Assembly (NCBI GenBank): GCA_001662655.1
Contig: KV460210.1
Origin: Pseudogymnoascus verrucosus
Taxonomy: Eukaryota
DNA length: 64,000 nt
Strand: one strand, 5' to 3'
Under the pieces are notes generated by a model. That model saw nothing but the letters and a program-made list of their open reading frames with translations, did not search any database and was not told the DNA's origin. The position numbers and the translations under genes were made by a program. Below, piece by piece: positions 12,761 through 24,931 of this stretch. The number at the start of each line of letters is the position of its first letter. The stretch's first letter is position 1.

Positions 12761-15151
12761 ATGGAATCTTCCCAGTTGCGGACTTTCTCGGGGGCATCCC
12801 ATCCTGCTTCAAAGACCATTCCGTTGGACAAGTACTCCAGTGCTGTGAGCCGTGAAGGATCGAAACGCCATCGCTGGGTTCATGATGTTCGAAAAGACTT
12901 GTTGACACTGACCTTCAAACCGGTGGATATCCCTATTGATGGAGGCAGAATTCAGACGCACCTGTTTATGGCCGTAACTGCTGGTAGAGATACGTTGGTG
13001 AGTCTCTCGTCATTGTCTTCGTGGGGGATGGGAGCCGATGCTTTGATTTACCTTCCATGCGCCGTCCGGCAGCTCTAACACCGTGGCCGACAGGAGCACC
13101 TGGATGTCCAGAAACTCGTCAAGTGCTCTCAAGAACATATTGAGCGTGTTCGCAGAGGGTTAATTGGCAGCGGCGTTGAATCTCCTGTTCAAGTTATTGT
13201 GAGGTTTCCCTGCGTTGCCATGCGGTTCCCTGGCGCTCCTTCAATGGTATGTAATCGACAATGCTCCAAATATTTACAATAGTAAAGTCCTGTGGAGGAC
13301 CCCAGCTTTCATTATAGAAATGGTATAAACCCTCGAAATACTAGTCGCTAAATATACTTAGGTTCAACGGTTCCAGCTTAGGTTCAAGGATGACAAGCAA
13401 TATTTCGAGGCACTGAACATTCTGAAGCGGGCGGGGCTTCAAATAAAGGAGTCCACACATGAACCCAAGCAAGATGCTCCATCTCAAGATCGCAATGTGG
13501 CATACAATCGAAGCCTGCCACCATGCTCAACACAACCGCTCTCAGTTGGCCACCCCGATAATCATCAAAAGCCACAGTTTGCTGTACCCAGCTCCGAGAG
13601 CTCTCGAAGATTTACACAATTCATGAATAGCTCATCGATACCTCCCAGATCCGACACCTCAAGCTCTCTTTCTATGAGGCCATCCAGCACCTTCTCTGCG
13701 GATCTGGGCGGCCCAAGGTCGAGCAGCTCCCTGGGGACTTTATACAAAGACGACATGGCATCCGATGACTTCTGTTTCCAACCACCGCCTCCAAGGCCAT
13801 TTTCATCAACATCATTTATGAAATCTAGCCCACCTATCTATGCTTCTCAAATAGAAACGCAGGTAAGCCCAGTAATGGAAAATATATGGTTAACTTGTGA
13901 AGAAGCAACTCTGACCCCATACACTAGCAAAGAGCAACCTTGACGTCGCTTCCATGCACTGAACTCCCCTCCGATATAGTCAAACCACGGAAGAAACAAG
14001 CCTATATACCGGAACCTAGCCTTTCCCTGCCATCCGATGAAGCTCTAAGTACAGGGTACGATGTATTGGAGAGGAGCTCAGAGCTGCCCGACACTAGACA
14101 GCCACTGCGAAGCTCCACAGAGTCGCTAACAGCCCAACCAGCACTGAATGTCTCGAAGATGAGGAGGTCAGCAACAACACAATTTGAACCAAGTCAAAAC
14201 TTGGGTTATAGCAATGAGCCTCTGCACCTGGCGCGACAAAGTTCATTGTCTTTCAGTACCACAAGACCAATGTCAGTTCCAACGGTAGGCGACGACCTTC
14301 ATATAAGCCAGTGGATACCCCCAAAACGTGAACTTCCATTCCCAAAGCGCAGAGAGCCAAAGAAGGCTTTGGAAACTGCCAAGAAACCTAATAAAGGCAC
14401 TGAAGATGGTTCAATGCTTCCACCTGAAAGCACCGAGGCCCCTAGGAGCCTAGCAAACACCACGACACTCCCAAGCAAGCAGGCAGAACAACAAGACAAA
14501 CGAGTGACAGTGCAAAGAACAAACACACCTCCAACTTCGAAGTTATCAACAGTTCTAGAGGTCCCTGACTCAGATGAGGCAAGGCCAACAAATGCACTTC
14601 GAAATTCAGTGTGGCAGGAAGAGCCGTCTCCCCTTGCTTCGAAAAGCGCTGCTATTAAGAGGCCTTCCACAGCCCCTGGTTTGAAGTCGAAAGCAATGAC
14701 CTCTCGCAAGCGACCAAACGAAGAAGCTCCAAAATGGGCATTAGCTAAAAGAGTTAAGATGGTTGACTCTAGTACACAGACGCAGACGTTATCTGGGCGT
14801 GACCACACGGCTGCAATTTCCAGAACCTCGACGATACCAGTGGAGCCGGTTTTGCCGGCTCCAGTTACAGTTCCTGCTCCGGAGCCACCCGCACCACCTC
14901 GTGAGGCTGTTTTTGAGGCTAAAGGGCCGATAGAAGGTTTTCTGGACGAGGTTGGTCGTTTTGTCCCGAAGGACAGCGGTAGAATCAAGCCTGTTGAGCT
15001 ATATGAAGTATCATTCTGGGACAAGGAAAAGGAGGGAGAGCGACAATCCATGACTGAAAGCTGGATATGCGAGCAGATTGATGATCCAGCGTTCATAGAA
15101 ATGTGCAAGCATGTGAATGAGGTGTGGAAAAAAATTGGCTTCAAGACTTAG
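12761..15151 (+). CDS. REC114: REC114-like meiotic double-strand-break protein (putative)
   Basis: Four exons (introns 12998-13093, 13247-13361, 13863-13927, all frame-consistent). N-terminal PH-like region with LDKYSS and VQRFQLRF, long S/P-rich disordered middle, C-terminal helix ICEQIDDPAFIEMCKHVNEVW. Confidence 0.72.
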
Positions 15152-15677
15152 TGTGATTCAGGAAAGATTAGAGGGGGGTATTGTTATCATTTTGGCAACG
15201 AGGTTGGGAGAAATAGCACGCAGCGTCGATCAGGTGCTATTCATTGGGGGTTTTATTGTTATGGGTGCTTACGGTTGCTGGAGATAGATTTACTTGGGCT
15301 ACTTGCTTGGCTGGATATTGTTCTTATACCCTGGGGGGCATCTGAAAAGGGATATTATATAGCAGATTGGCTATATACTAGAGCTAGGATATAGCTTTAT
15401 ATTTTACAGCTAATAATTAGAGAGATTTCTATTTTGTCACATCACCAATCCTCGCCTCCATTACGCATCTGTCTGTTATGTCTTTGATTTCCCCTTCCAC
15501 CAGTAGAAATATACTACAGCATTCTTTCTCAAAAAGCCCACTCTGTTACCACCGAATATTTTATGTACGGGTAGCTATATGCGTTGCCCGACCCGACCTC
15601 AATAATGTGAAGCTTTAAATACAACATCAGGCAGTTAAAGTGATGACATTTCCTCCTTGCTGAACTGATTAAAAAAA

Positions 15678-16817
15678 CTACTCTGGAGTACAAAACCCCA
15701 CTGTGCGCCATTGCCTCGGATTCCCATTATCATCCAACGCATCAAATTCCTTCCAACGAATCCAGTCACTCCTGGCTACCACCTGCTTTGGACCTGACGA
15801 AACCAACCCAATCAATTTTTCCAATACTTTCCGCACCGGTTTAATATTAACCAGCTCCCGCGCCTCAGACAACTTCACCCACCGACACTCCACCAACTCC
15901 TCCACCTGCTCCATCAACTTCTCCATTTCCGCGACCCGAGCCAAGAAATACGTTACTTCCTTAATCCCACCATCAAAACTAGGATACTGCGAGATAACAC
16001 TCATGAAATCCGGTCTCAGCCCCGCCACCGAATCCGGCAAAGGCGGAGAAAATCCAGCCGGCGTGATGGGCGTCACGCGGTCGGGACTCAACCCGGTCTC
16101 CTCGAGGAGTTCACGTGAGGCTGATTCCCAGTCACTATGGTCTTCGGGCTCGGGATGGCCTTTGGGGAAGCCCCAGTATGGGGGCAAACCATGTGGCCGC
16201 CGTTGGTAGATGAGGAGGATGGATATGGTGTCTAGAGTTGCGGGAAGGGACTTGGGGTAATGAAGAAGCAGGAAGCCGTAGCACCGGTCTGTGACTTCGT
16301 CATCTGATGAGGGGGCTTCGGAAGAGGTGCCTGGGTTTGAGGAGGGGGTTTCGCGGCCTAATGTGCGTGAGGAGGCATCGGATAGTGGCTCGACTTGGGA
16401 TGGGAGGGCGGTGTCGGCCATAGTGATGTTGGCCTGGGATTCTGGGATGATTGGATGAGGAGGGGAAGGTATAATTGACTCTTCTGGTGGTGCTTCTGCA
16501 GCAGAAGGCTCCGGACTTTCTATGGTCTCGATAATGTTGCCCTCTTGATGTGGATTCTCTACGGGCTCGATAATACTGTCTTCGTCGACTGGAGAAGGGA
16601 AATCGGTGATATTTGTATACTGCTGTGATGTCAAGGACTCAGGCATGAAGTTCGACCCAACCGATCCATCAGAATAATTGGACTCATCGGCGTCGCTGAG
16701 ATCACCTGGTGAGTCATCGTCGCTGCTGCCGCTGTATGGTGCTATTGGAGAGTTCTGCTGCCACAGCCTACGACGGCGGGGTCGCATTTTGTCTTGGCGA
16801 ATCGCTGGTGTTCTCAT
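15678..16817 (-). CDS. Nudix hydrolase (Ap4A-hydrolase-like) with long acidic N-terminal extension
   Basis: WGFPKGHPEPEDHSDWESASRELLEETGL Nudix box, then KEVTYFLA and QVEELVECRWV. True start uncertain (16817 or a downstream ATG such as 16402). Confidence 0.8.
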   Translation of the reverse strand: MRTPAIRQDKMRPRRRRLWQQNSPIAPYSGSSDDDSPGDLSDADESNYSDGSVGSNFMPESLTSQQYTNITDFPSPVDEDSIIEPVENPHQEGNIIETIESPEPSAAEAPPEESIIPSPPHPIIPESQANITMADTALPSQVEPLSDASSRTLGRETPSSNPGTSSEAPSSDDEVTDRCYGFLLLHYPKSLPATLDTISILLIYQRRPHGLPPYWGFPKGHPEPEDHSDWESASRELLEETGLSPDRVTPITPAGFSPPLPDSVAGLRPDFMSVISQYPSFDGGIKEVTYFLARVAEMEKLMEQVEELVECRWVKLSEARELVNIKPVRKVLEKLIGLVSSGPKQVVARSDWIRWKEFDALDDNGNPRQWRTVGFCTPE

Positions 16818-18840
16818 AAATACAGCAATAATCCGTCAAAAGGATGTCTACGATGGAATGTTTATGTTTGCAATGAGCGGAATAAATATCCAATTAGACA
16901 CTATTGCTCTTTCCCTGCTCTTATTTAGGTCGTAATTGATGAAGCTCTTTGGTATGCCCATCGTCGCTGCCTAAGATGCAATTATTAGAAAGTAGTTATC
17001 GTGATATAAAAGATATTGCGAAAAAAATAATCCTGATTTTGAGATAATATTTGTATTCCAATTTCATATTTCAACACAATTGGCAAAGTCACCCTTATAT
17101 GTTACCCTTTAACACAATTGTATTATTATAGATCATTTCCCCTCAATATCCCCTCTATTCATCGACTATCAGGGTCCACAATCAACAATCATATCCCACC
17201 TCAGCATCTACAGTAGCTGGACATTGCCCACCTCCAGTGCAAGCAGCGGTGGTACCCGCTGAGCTCTATCAAGTGGTGGGCTATGTTAAGAGTGAAAAGG
17301 GGCTGTGGTGGCACAGCAGACGACCTAAGAGACCAAGAAGGCGCAGTTATACGCGCCTGGTAATCAGGACAATCCAATACGCGATGTTCAAGTTTTCTCC
17401 TATACCAAAGCAAGCGAATGGCCCAAAGAACTCTAAGTCCGAGAAAGCCGAGTCAAAATATGTCACAGATGATCAAAACAAGCCAGCGCGAGAGGCGGAT
17501 ACAGCGATTCATTTGGACTTGGATGGAGGAGGACGCATTAAGGTTTTCGGATGGGTCTTGGACTCGGTAAGTCGCATCGCCGCCGTCGTTCCCGACGAAA
17601 GTTGCCATTGGCACAAAGGAGAGGACGGTGAGCTGCAAGCCCGTGATGAGTGCCGTCAGTTCCACCTCGCGTGAAATCCCGTAGGAATGCCTTATGATGG
17701 AGACAAACTGCGGGAATTAAGATGCTGGAGTTAAGTTTATGCCCAAACGGCAATGTTTACCGAGACGGCGAACTAGTGTCTGGATCACCGATACGGCAAT
17801 ATTTCTAAATCGCCGACTTTTTGTCTCAAAGAAATTCCCTTGAACATCATCTGGACCTGCAGGGTGCTAGAAGCGATGCATAATACTGAGGCCAACTAAT
17901 TTAAAGCACTGCAGGCGGCGACAACGGGTGGTGTCCACACCAATGAAGGGTTCCCATCAAGATGAAGGGACAAGCTAAGCCACGGCGCACTGACTGCGGG
18001 GACGCCGCTCAAAAGAAATTATAGTGGCTTTAAGTTCGCGAGCAGCCTTCAAGGTGACCACTGCCACTAAGGTATGCTTTTTTAAGACACAGAGATAATG
18101 GGACAATGGGACAATGGGATAGGCTCCTGGAGTCTACTGTCTAAGATAAATGTTTGGGGCCGGGAAACTAAAGCATGTTTGGCGATTGGTTGACGGGCCT
18201 GGATAATTCTGAGAATACGAGGCCTGCCCCGTCATTATGCTTAAGCTCAACGGGAAAAGCTGCGTTATGTGTCAGTGGTGTTAGGAGGGCGGATCAACTC
18301 CACTAACCCACAGCTTGTTCTCTTAGAGTTATCTGCATTAAGGAGTTCACATGGGAATATTGACGAGGCCGTTGCTTTGACGGCCGGTCCTCCAGTCAAC
18401 CCGATGCCGGAGATTCTGGATATGAACCCCGAGGAGCGGGACGTTGAAACAGCGCCAACCCCAGAACTTGCATCAAACTAACTTGCTGGAGAAGGTGTTG
18501 ACCCCAAGGCTACCACTAACAGAACAGACACGCTCGGCTTCACTAGTCCATCAATCAACACGTGCTGCAGGACAGGCATTGGCTATGGCGGAGTCCAAAA
18601 GTAAGGGATCTGCGAGGTCATACTCTAACTTTATACCAATGCGGACGGAAACAAGCTCTCCAAACCGTCGATTGGGCAACTCTATATCCCAAGATCTTCC
18701 TCGGACCGCAGCACCCCTGCTCATGGAGATTCCGTCCTCACTGCAATGCTTCAACTATAAGTATGGAGGCATTTCCTTCAGCTGAGAAGCATCCCATCAG
18801 GCCCTTCAATTGATTCATATTCTTCAATATAATTATCAAA

Positions 18841-19816
18841 ATGCTTCTCACAAACGCCGCCCTTGTCACTGGCCTTCTTGCCGGAAGCTCTTATGCTGGC
18901 TCCATCCCCGCCAACGTCAAGACCTTCTACGATGGCATCAAGAGCAAAGGATCCTGCAGCAAGGCTCTCAAGACAGGGTTCTATGCTCTAGACGGTGGCG
19001 CGAAGGGTAGGGCGTTCGCCTTGAATTATTGTTCGTAGCTAACAACCCCAAGACTTCAGCTACTGTGGCGACCACATGACCGACTACAACGTCCTATACA
19101 TCCAGGGAAAGAATGGCCAGCTCGCCGATATGGATATTGACTGTGACGGCATCATCAAGAGCCCATACAGCGATGGCAGATGCGAGGCTTCGCAAGACAC
19201 CCAGCCCCAGTCTTCATATATTGAGCAGATTCAGGGATACAACGTCGGAATTAAAGATGTCGACTCTTACATCCACTCTTACGTTGTTCTCGGAAACTAT
19301 GCCGACCAAGGGAAATCTGGTTACACCACTTTCCACCCAACCGACTACGGCATCGAGCCTCTCAGCATCGTCGCCGTTGTCTGCAACAACCAGCTCTTCT
19401 ACGGAGTCTGGGCTGACCAGAACGGTGATGATGGACCACCAATGGTTGGCGAGGCTTCCCTCGCTATTGCCACCCTCTGCTTCGGCAAGAACGCCGTCAA
19501 TGGCGACAAAGGACACAGCGATCTGGATGTCCTCTACATTGCCTTCCCCGGCTCCGACGCCGTCCCCGGCGCCAAGGGTGCCAACTGGAAGGCCTCGACC
19601 GCCAAGGCCTTCCAGGACAGCTTGACTGCCCAGGGCAACAAGCTCATCCAGCGTATTGGAGGCGGCGGCGGTTCCGGCCCATCGCCAACCACTACTGGCG
19701 GCGGCAGCGGCCCAGCCCCAACCTGTGCGTGGGCGGGACACTGCAAGGGAGCCAGCTGCAAGACGGACGATGACTGCTCTGATCCTTGGGGTTGCGTCAG
19801 CGGCAAGTGCGCGTAG
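18841..19816 (+). CDS. Secreted GH75 chitosanase with C-terminal linker and Cys-rich module
   Basis: Signal peptide, ADMDIDCDG, YGVWADQNGDDG, GEASL motifs. Intron 19007-19052 (AAG acceptor). G/S/P/T linker followed by a 6-Cys module. Confidence 0.93.
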
Positions 19817-20204
19817 AGTTATGTAGATATTTGGGATGAAGTATTTAGGATATTTATATATATGGATTTTTGGCGATCAAAATATGTACCATACTCTGAA
19901 CCAATGTGATATGAGAACCGATTACACGTATTAAGGTGGGTGTAGCAAGCGGGTTGCTGCACTTTGGAGTTTGGAAGGTTTTAGTGAATCCCTTTTTGTT
20001 TTTGGACAGGGTTCTCATTACGGTACTATCGAGTAGCTGATGATTTTAGTATAGAAAAAACAATTCTGTGCGGATAACATTTCAAATTAACGGAATAAAT
20101 TAACCCATACTGAACAGTCCCCCTGTGTCAATCAAGCAAGGACGAATCATACCATCCCCACTCCAAAATTTCCTCGCAGTAGTCCCCATGAGACACGCAC
20201 GTCT

Positions 20205-20967
20205 CTACTCATCCTCATACTCATCATGAAACTTCCACCAACCTCCCCCATCCTGCCTCCCAAGCGGCGTAACATCCAACAGACTATTCGTCCCCAAAAA
20301 CCCATCCAGCCCCCTCGCAAACGTCGAATAACTATGATAAACCCCACCCCCCGGCCCAACAATAAACACACTAACCCCGCTCTGCTCCCCCTCAACATAC
20401 GCCCCCTTCCCTCTCTCTCTCAGCGCCTCCGCACTCTCCCAATTCACCATCATGGGCGCCACGGCGGGGTCATTCGTGGCGTGGAAATCGTAGTTGAAAT
20501 CTGAGTCCGAGGATGAGTACCAGGGCATCGTCCAGCCCATGCGTTTTTTGAAGGGGGCGATCAGGCTGTAGGGCGCGCGGGATACCAATACTAGGGTTGT
20601 GTTGCGGGAGTTCAAGTGCTCAAGGTGGGAAGGGAGGTTGTCGGCGAAGAAGGAGCAGCCGATGCAGCCGGTGGTGGAGGGGGGGGTGAACATGAAGTGG
20701 TAGATTATGAGTTGTTTGCGGCCTTCAAAGAGGTCTGATAATTTGAGCTTGCCATTAGGACCCTCGAAGGTGTAGTTTTTTTCAACTTTGACGTGGGGGA
20801 GTTGGCGGCGGAGGGCGGAGAGCTCGTCGGAGGCTTTGGTGAGGGCCTTCTCTTTTTCGAGGAGGGCTTTGCGGGCTTCTATCCATTCTTCGCGTGTTGC
20901 TTCCTGTGGCAGGATGTTAGACTTGGTGGGGGGTAGATGTGGGTTGGGGATAGCTTACTTTGAACAT
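20205..20967 (-). CDS. DUF899 thioredoxin-like family protein
   Basis: MFK exon, intron about 20904-20958, then EEWIEARKALLEKEKALTKASDELSALRRQLP, DLFEGRKQLIIYHFM, CIGCSF, VSRAP, MGWTMPWYSS, YHSYSTFARG, LLDVTPLGRQ. Confidence 0.88.
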
Positions 20968-22047
20968 TTTGAAAGGAGGTTGAAGACAGATCTGTTGCTG
21001 ATATTGTCGTTGTTAAATTGGTTCTCAAGTTAGAATGAGGAGATGAAGATGATAGGAAAAGGAAAAGCCATTGTCGAGGTTTTCCCTTGATATTTATATC
21101 CATCCCAGATATCTCACATCCCGGCTTAACACGCTGCAGCATCCCGTGTATCCTTGATACTCCCATCACTACACTTTCTGGACGACGTCAGAATGAACTT
21201 CCCAGGCATAAAAGGTGATAAATCAATCAGATTACTGATCCTCCATCTCCAATAACCAGAAAACATCTTCCAATCCACACACATCCCATCCAAAACCATT
21301 CACCCGTCTTACATCAAAACGCGGGGTCGACGCGACGGCAGCCTAGCCACCTGACCTCGCGACGAATGATGTCGCGAAATCCAGTGACCCCATGCCGCCA
21401 TAACTGCACCGTCTCAGATAAACCATGGTAACATCCTGCAGGATATCATAATCTACGGCCGTAAGGGAGGGTGCTTAAGTAATTTGGCAGATGGCAGCCT
21501 GGGAGGTCCGGCCAACACAGGACTAGATTTGACCAACTAATCAACCCCCTTTCTTTGGATACGAGCTTTGTCTCTGGTTCTCCTTCGTCTAGCCTATGGC
21601 TGTAGTGTGAGTGGTCACAATAAACTGGCACAGAGAGACATATACCCCAACCTCAAAAGTATGTTTCAGAATATAAAAAAACGCTACACCATCGCTATGA
21701 CAGGGACTCCCTCTCCCAATCCACCCATCTCAACCACCACCAAAGGCACAACTCTGCTTTAAAAAATACCAAGTAGTATATACCCTACTTCCAGAACGCC
21801 CCCCCGCATCTATGCAAGAGGCTCAACTGGATATCACGCACATACGTCCTGCGGACACCCAACCTGCGAGCGAGTGAAAGAAGAAGAAAAACGAAAAAAA
21901 CAAAAAAACAAAAAGCAGTAGGCTCCTGAAAAACCAGCGATTCAAATCAATGTGCCCGAACTGCCGTGCCTTTTCTAAATAAACGACCGTTTTTTGCTTT
22001 GTGTTTGTTGCCTGTGAATCTCTTCTCTTCTCTTGTCTTGTCTTTGT

Positions 22048-23427
22048 CTACTTCTTCATCTCCACGTAGTTGCTAGGGAAGATTCCCGATTTGCCGTTTA
22101 GAGTTCCAGTCCTGCAGTGGTATGTTAGTACGAAACTCCTTAAACTGTATAGGGAGGAACAAGGTCAAACATACCACCAATCCTCCGCCTTCTCCGTCTT
22201 CTTCGTAACCGTAATAACATCCCCCTTCTTAAACCCCAAATCCCCCGGCTGATCCGCATCAAACGTAAACAGCGCCACCGCCTGATCCTCCCTCAACCCC
22301 CCCGCCTTCCCCGCAAACGCCGGCTTCGGCGCCGCCGGCCTCCCCGGCCCAACCCTCCCCGACGGCTGTCTGAACGGCGTATCCTGGTACTCATAGTCCT
22401 CCGCAGTCTGGCTACGTCGCGACCCCTGTCTGCTAGGCGGGTCATACACGTCATCCGCCCAAGTACTCGCGCGCTTCGGCGCCCCGTACGAGTCCCGCCC
22501 GTTATCATTATTTACGCTACCGCCCCGATCACGACTTACGCCCTCGTTGTATGCGGACCCCGAGCGGCCCTCCCACACCACGTCGTCTTGGTTGTTGTCG
22601 TAGACGGGGATGTCGTTGTACATCGCGTCTGTGCTTCCCGCGCCGGCGAAGACCCGCGAGTTCAGCACCTGCATGAGCGGCTGCGCGGCGGGGGGTGGAC
22701 GCACACTTCCTTCCATCAGCTGGGCGGCTGTGAAGCGCTGGCCGTAGAGCTTCTCGTTTGCGTCTCGACGCTCTACGATTGCGGATCCCTCTAGTGAGAC
22801 GCCGGCGAATAGACCTTTGGTTTTCGAGTAACTGAACACGCCTGCTACCCCCTTTAAACTCGCTGCGCCGGCTGCTTCGGCATTACGACCGATTGGTCCG
22901 GCGGCGAGGGACACGTTGCCGCCGAGTGTGAGGGAGCCCTGTTGTGAGAATGCCTTTACGGCCGATGCATCGTTGAGGACGAACACGAAGTCCGTGAGTT
23001 CGAAGCCGATTTGTCCGCCGAATCCCGCACCGCCTAGTCCGATCGCTGAAGGGGCAGACCACGTCCCGTCAGACAGTCGTGCCACCACAATCCCGTTTCC
23101 GTAGCGTGCCGAGCCTAGGAAGCCGGCTTTGAGGACGGTGATGATCGCGAGGCCCTGGGGGTTGGGGTTAGCTTTTGTTTTCACACGCCGGGAAATTAGA
23201 TGGGGGAGCGGATGGAGCGGACCTTTGCGTTTGCGAGGACGCTGGGGGGGATGACTTTGTCGGGGGCGAAGGACTGTCGTGGATCAACGAATGATGCCAA
23301 GATCTTGCTGCATTTCTTGCACTCCGCTGTGTGGTTTGCGGTCAGTTTTGGGGAAACAGCGGGTTAACTGGGGAGGGGACGTACACGCCATAGACGACGG
23401 GAGGAAGTTGTGTATTCCGACAGGCAT
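22048..23427 (-). CDS. YSC84: SYLF(YAB)-SH3 actin/endocytosis protein Ysc84/Lsb3
   Basis: MPVGIHNFLPSSM start, KAGFLGSARYGNG, WSAPSAI, GGQIGFELTDFV. SH3 domain ALFTFDADQPGDLGFKKGD...WW...GIFPSNYV. Three introns. Confidence 0.93.
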
Positions 23428-24158
23428 CGTGAAGGTGTTATCGTACTTCGCGAGGGATGGTTAGGTGAGGTTGCGTTTCCAGGGAGTGTTTGGAGGTGGA
23501 GGATGGTCCGGATAGTGGGGTAGTTGATGAGGCGCAAGTGACGGTGGGTGTGTCTGGGTGGCGAGTGTAACTAGAGATGGTAACCGGCTTGGCTGATTAT
23601 ATACAAATAATGAATTGAGGACTGTCGCTGTTTAATGACGCAGAAGAACAAAATATGAATCTGTGCTGATTATATGTTTCAATGTGCACCCTGTCTGCTT
23701 CCTGACAATTTTTTGGGGGCACCTTACTTAATAGCTTTTGAAGTTCCGCGATCCGTAAAGATGACAGATGATGTAGCCAGCAGCCAGCCACCATTTATTA
23801 AGGGCCGCTGGGTGCCACAACGAGCGACCCATAGCCCGCTGTGGCTGAGCCCCCCCGATCCACGCGGCCAACGACGACCTCCAACTGTCACACTACAGTA
23901 TATCCGGCATATCACTACCTGTACGACCCAGAAAACCCCCCAAGCGCTCACAATAACCCCATCCCACCACGTATACCACACACGCCTAATCCTCGCCACC
24001 AAAGAGGCGCGAGAAGCCGCGACGACCTGACTGCGGCTCCAGCCAACCGCGCGCTTTGAAACAAAGGGATCGATCTTCAACCCCGGATCCAACTCCCGCC
24101 ACTTCACTCACTCACTCAACTCCTCCGCCCAACAACTCAAGTGTCACGAATAGCAGCC

Positions 24159-24534
24159 ATGGCAGAATCCTACGACCGCGAGCGCCAGAACGACAGTAGA
24201 CTCGATGAGCTCTCCGCTAAAGTCAGTGCCCTTCGGGGCGTCACAGTGGACATCTACGATAACGCAAGGGCGCAGGACGTCATTGATAATACCGTAAGCG
24301 CAACCCAACCCAACCTATGCGGATGGCAGGTAGCCAGTGGGGGGTTGATGAGCTAAGCTAATACTCTCTCTGTAGTCCGACACATTTTCCTCCATGGGCA
24401 CGACGCTCAAGGGATCCGCGCAGAGGCTAGGGCGCATGGCGGCGTCGGGGAATAAGATGGCGGCGTTCAAGCTGTCGGGGATAATTGTTGGGACGGTGCT
24501 GGTGTTGTGGTTTATTTGGGGGTTGTTTGTGTGA
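24159..24534 (+). CDS. SFT1: Small Golgi Qc-SNARE (Sft1/Bet1-like)
   Basis: ERQNDSRLDELSAKVSALRGVTVDIY SNARE motif, intron 24294-24375, C-terminal TM (IIVGTVLVLWFIWGLFV*). Confidence 0.8.
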
Positions 24535-24931
24535 GCGGGCGCTGGGGGGTTGGGTTGGTTTTTAAATTAGGGTAGGGAATGCATTGGGGGGGGGGAGGGC
24601 GTCGGGCAGGTCTGATATCACAGGAAGTCAAGACGGGATGCTAGCGACGGAGTTGTAACAGTACGCATACTGTGGCTTGAGAGGGAATACATCCTATGGC
24701 GGAAGGAGCCACGAGACTGTAAGGGAAGGCACAAGCACAAGCACATAATCCAAAGCACATATGTAAAAAAATCATGAAATCTTCATCGTCACGTTCATTT
24801 CTTCACTATATGCTCTATTATGCCCCTTTGTATCCGGAATAACCGCCGGCAATGCTACGTAACTCGCTCTAACATAAAAAGTCACCAACCCCACCCCCCA
24901 TCCCGTCTATCCATGCATCATATCTACCCCT

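Noticed and set aside
14299..15144. 281-aa minus-strand ORF
   Set aside because: Antisense to the REC114-like last exon; no motifs.
18269..18813. Short ORFs upstream of the chitosanase
   Set aside because: No coherent frame, splice structure or motif; likely promoter sequence.
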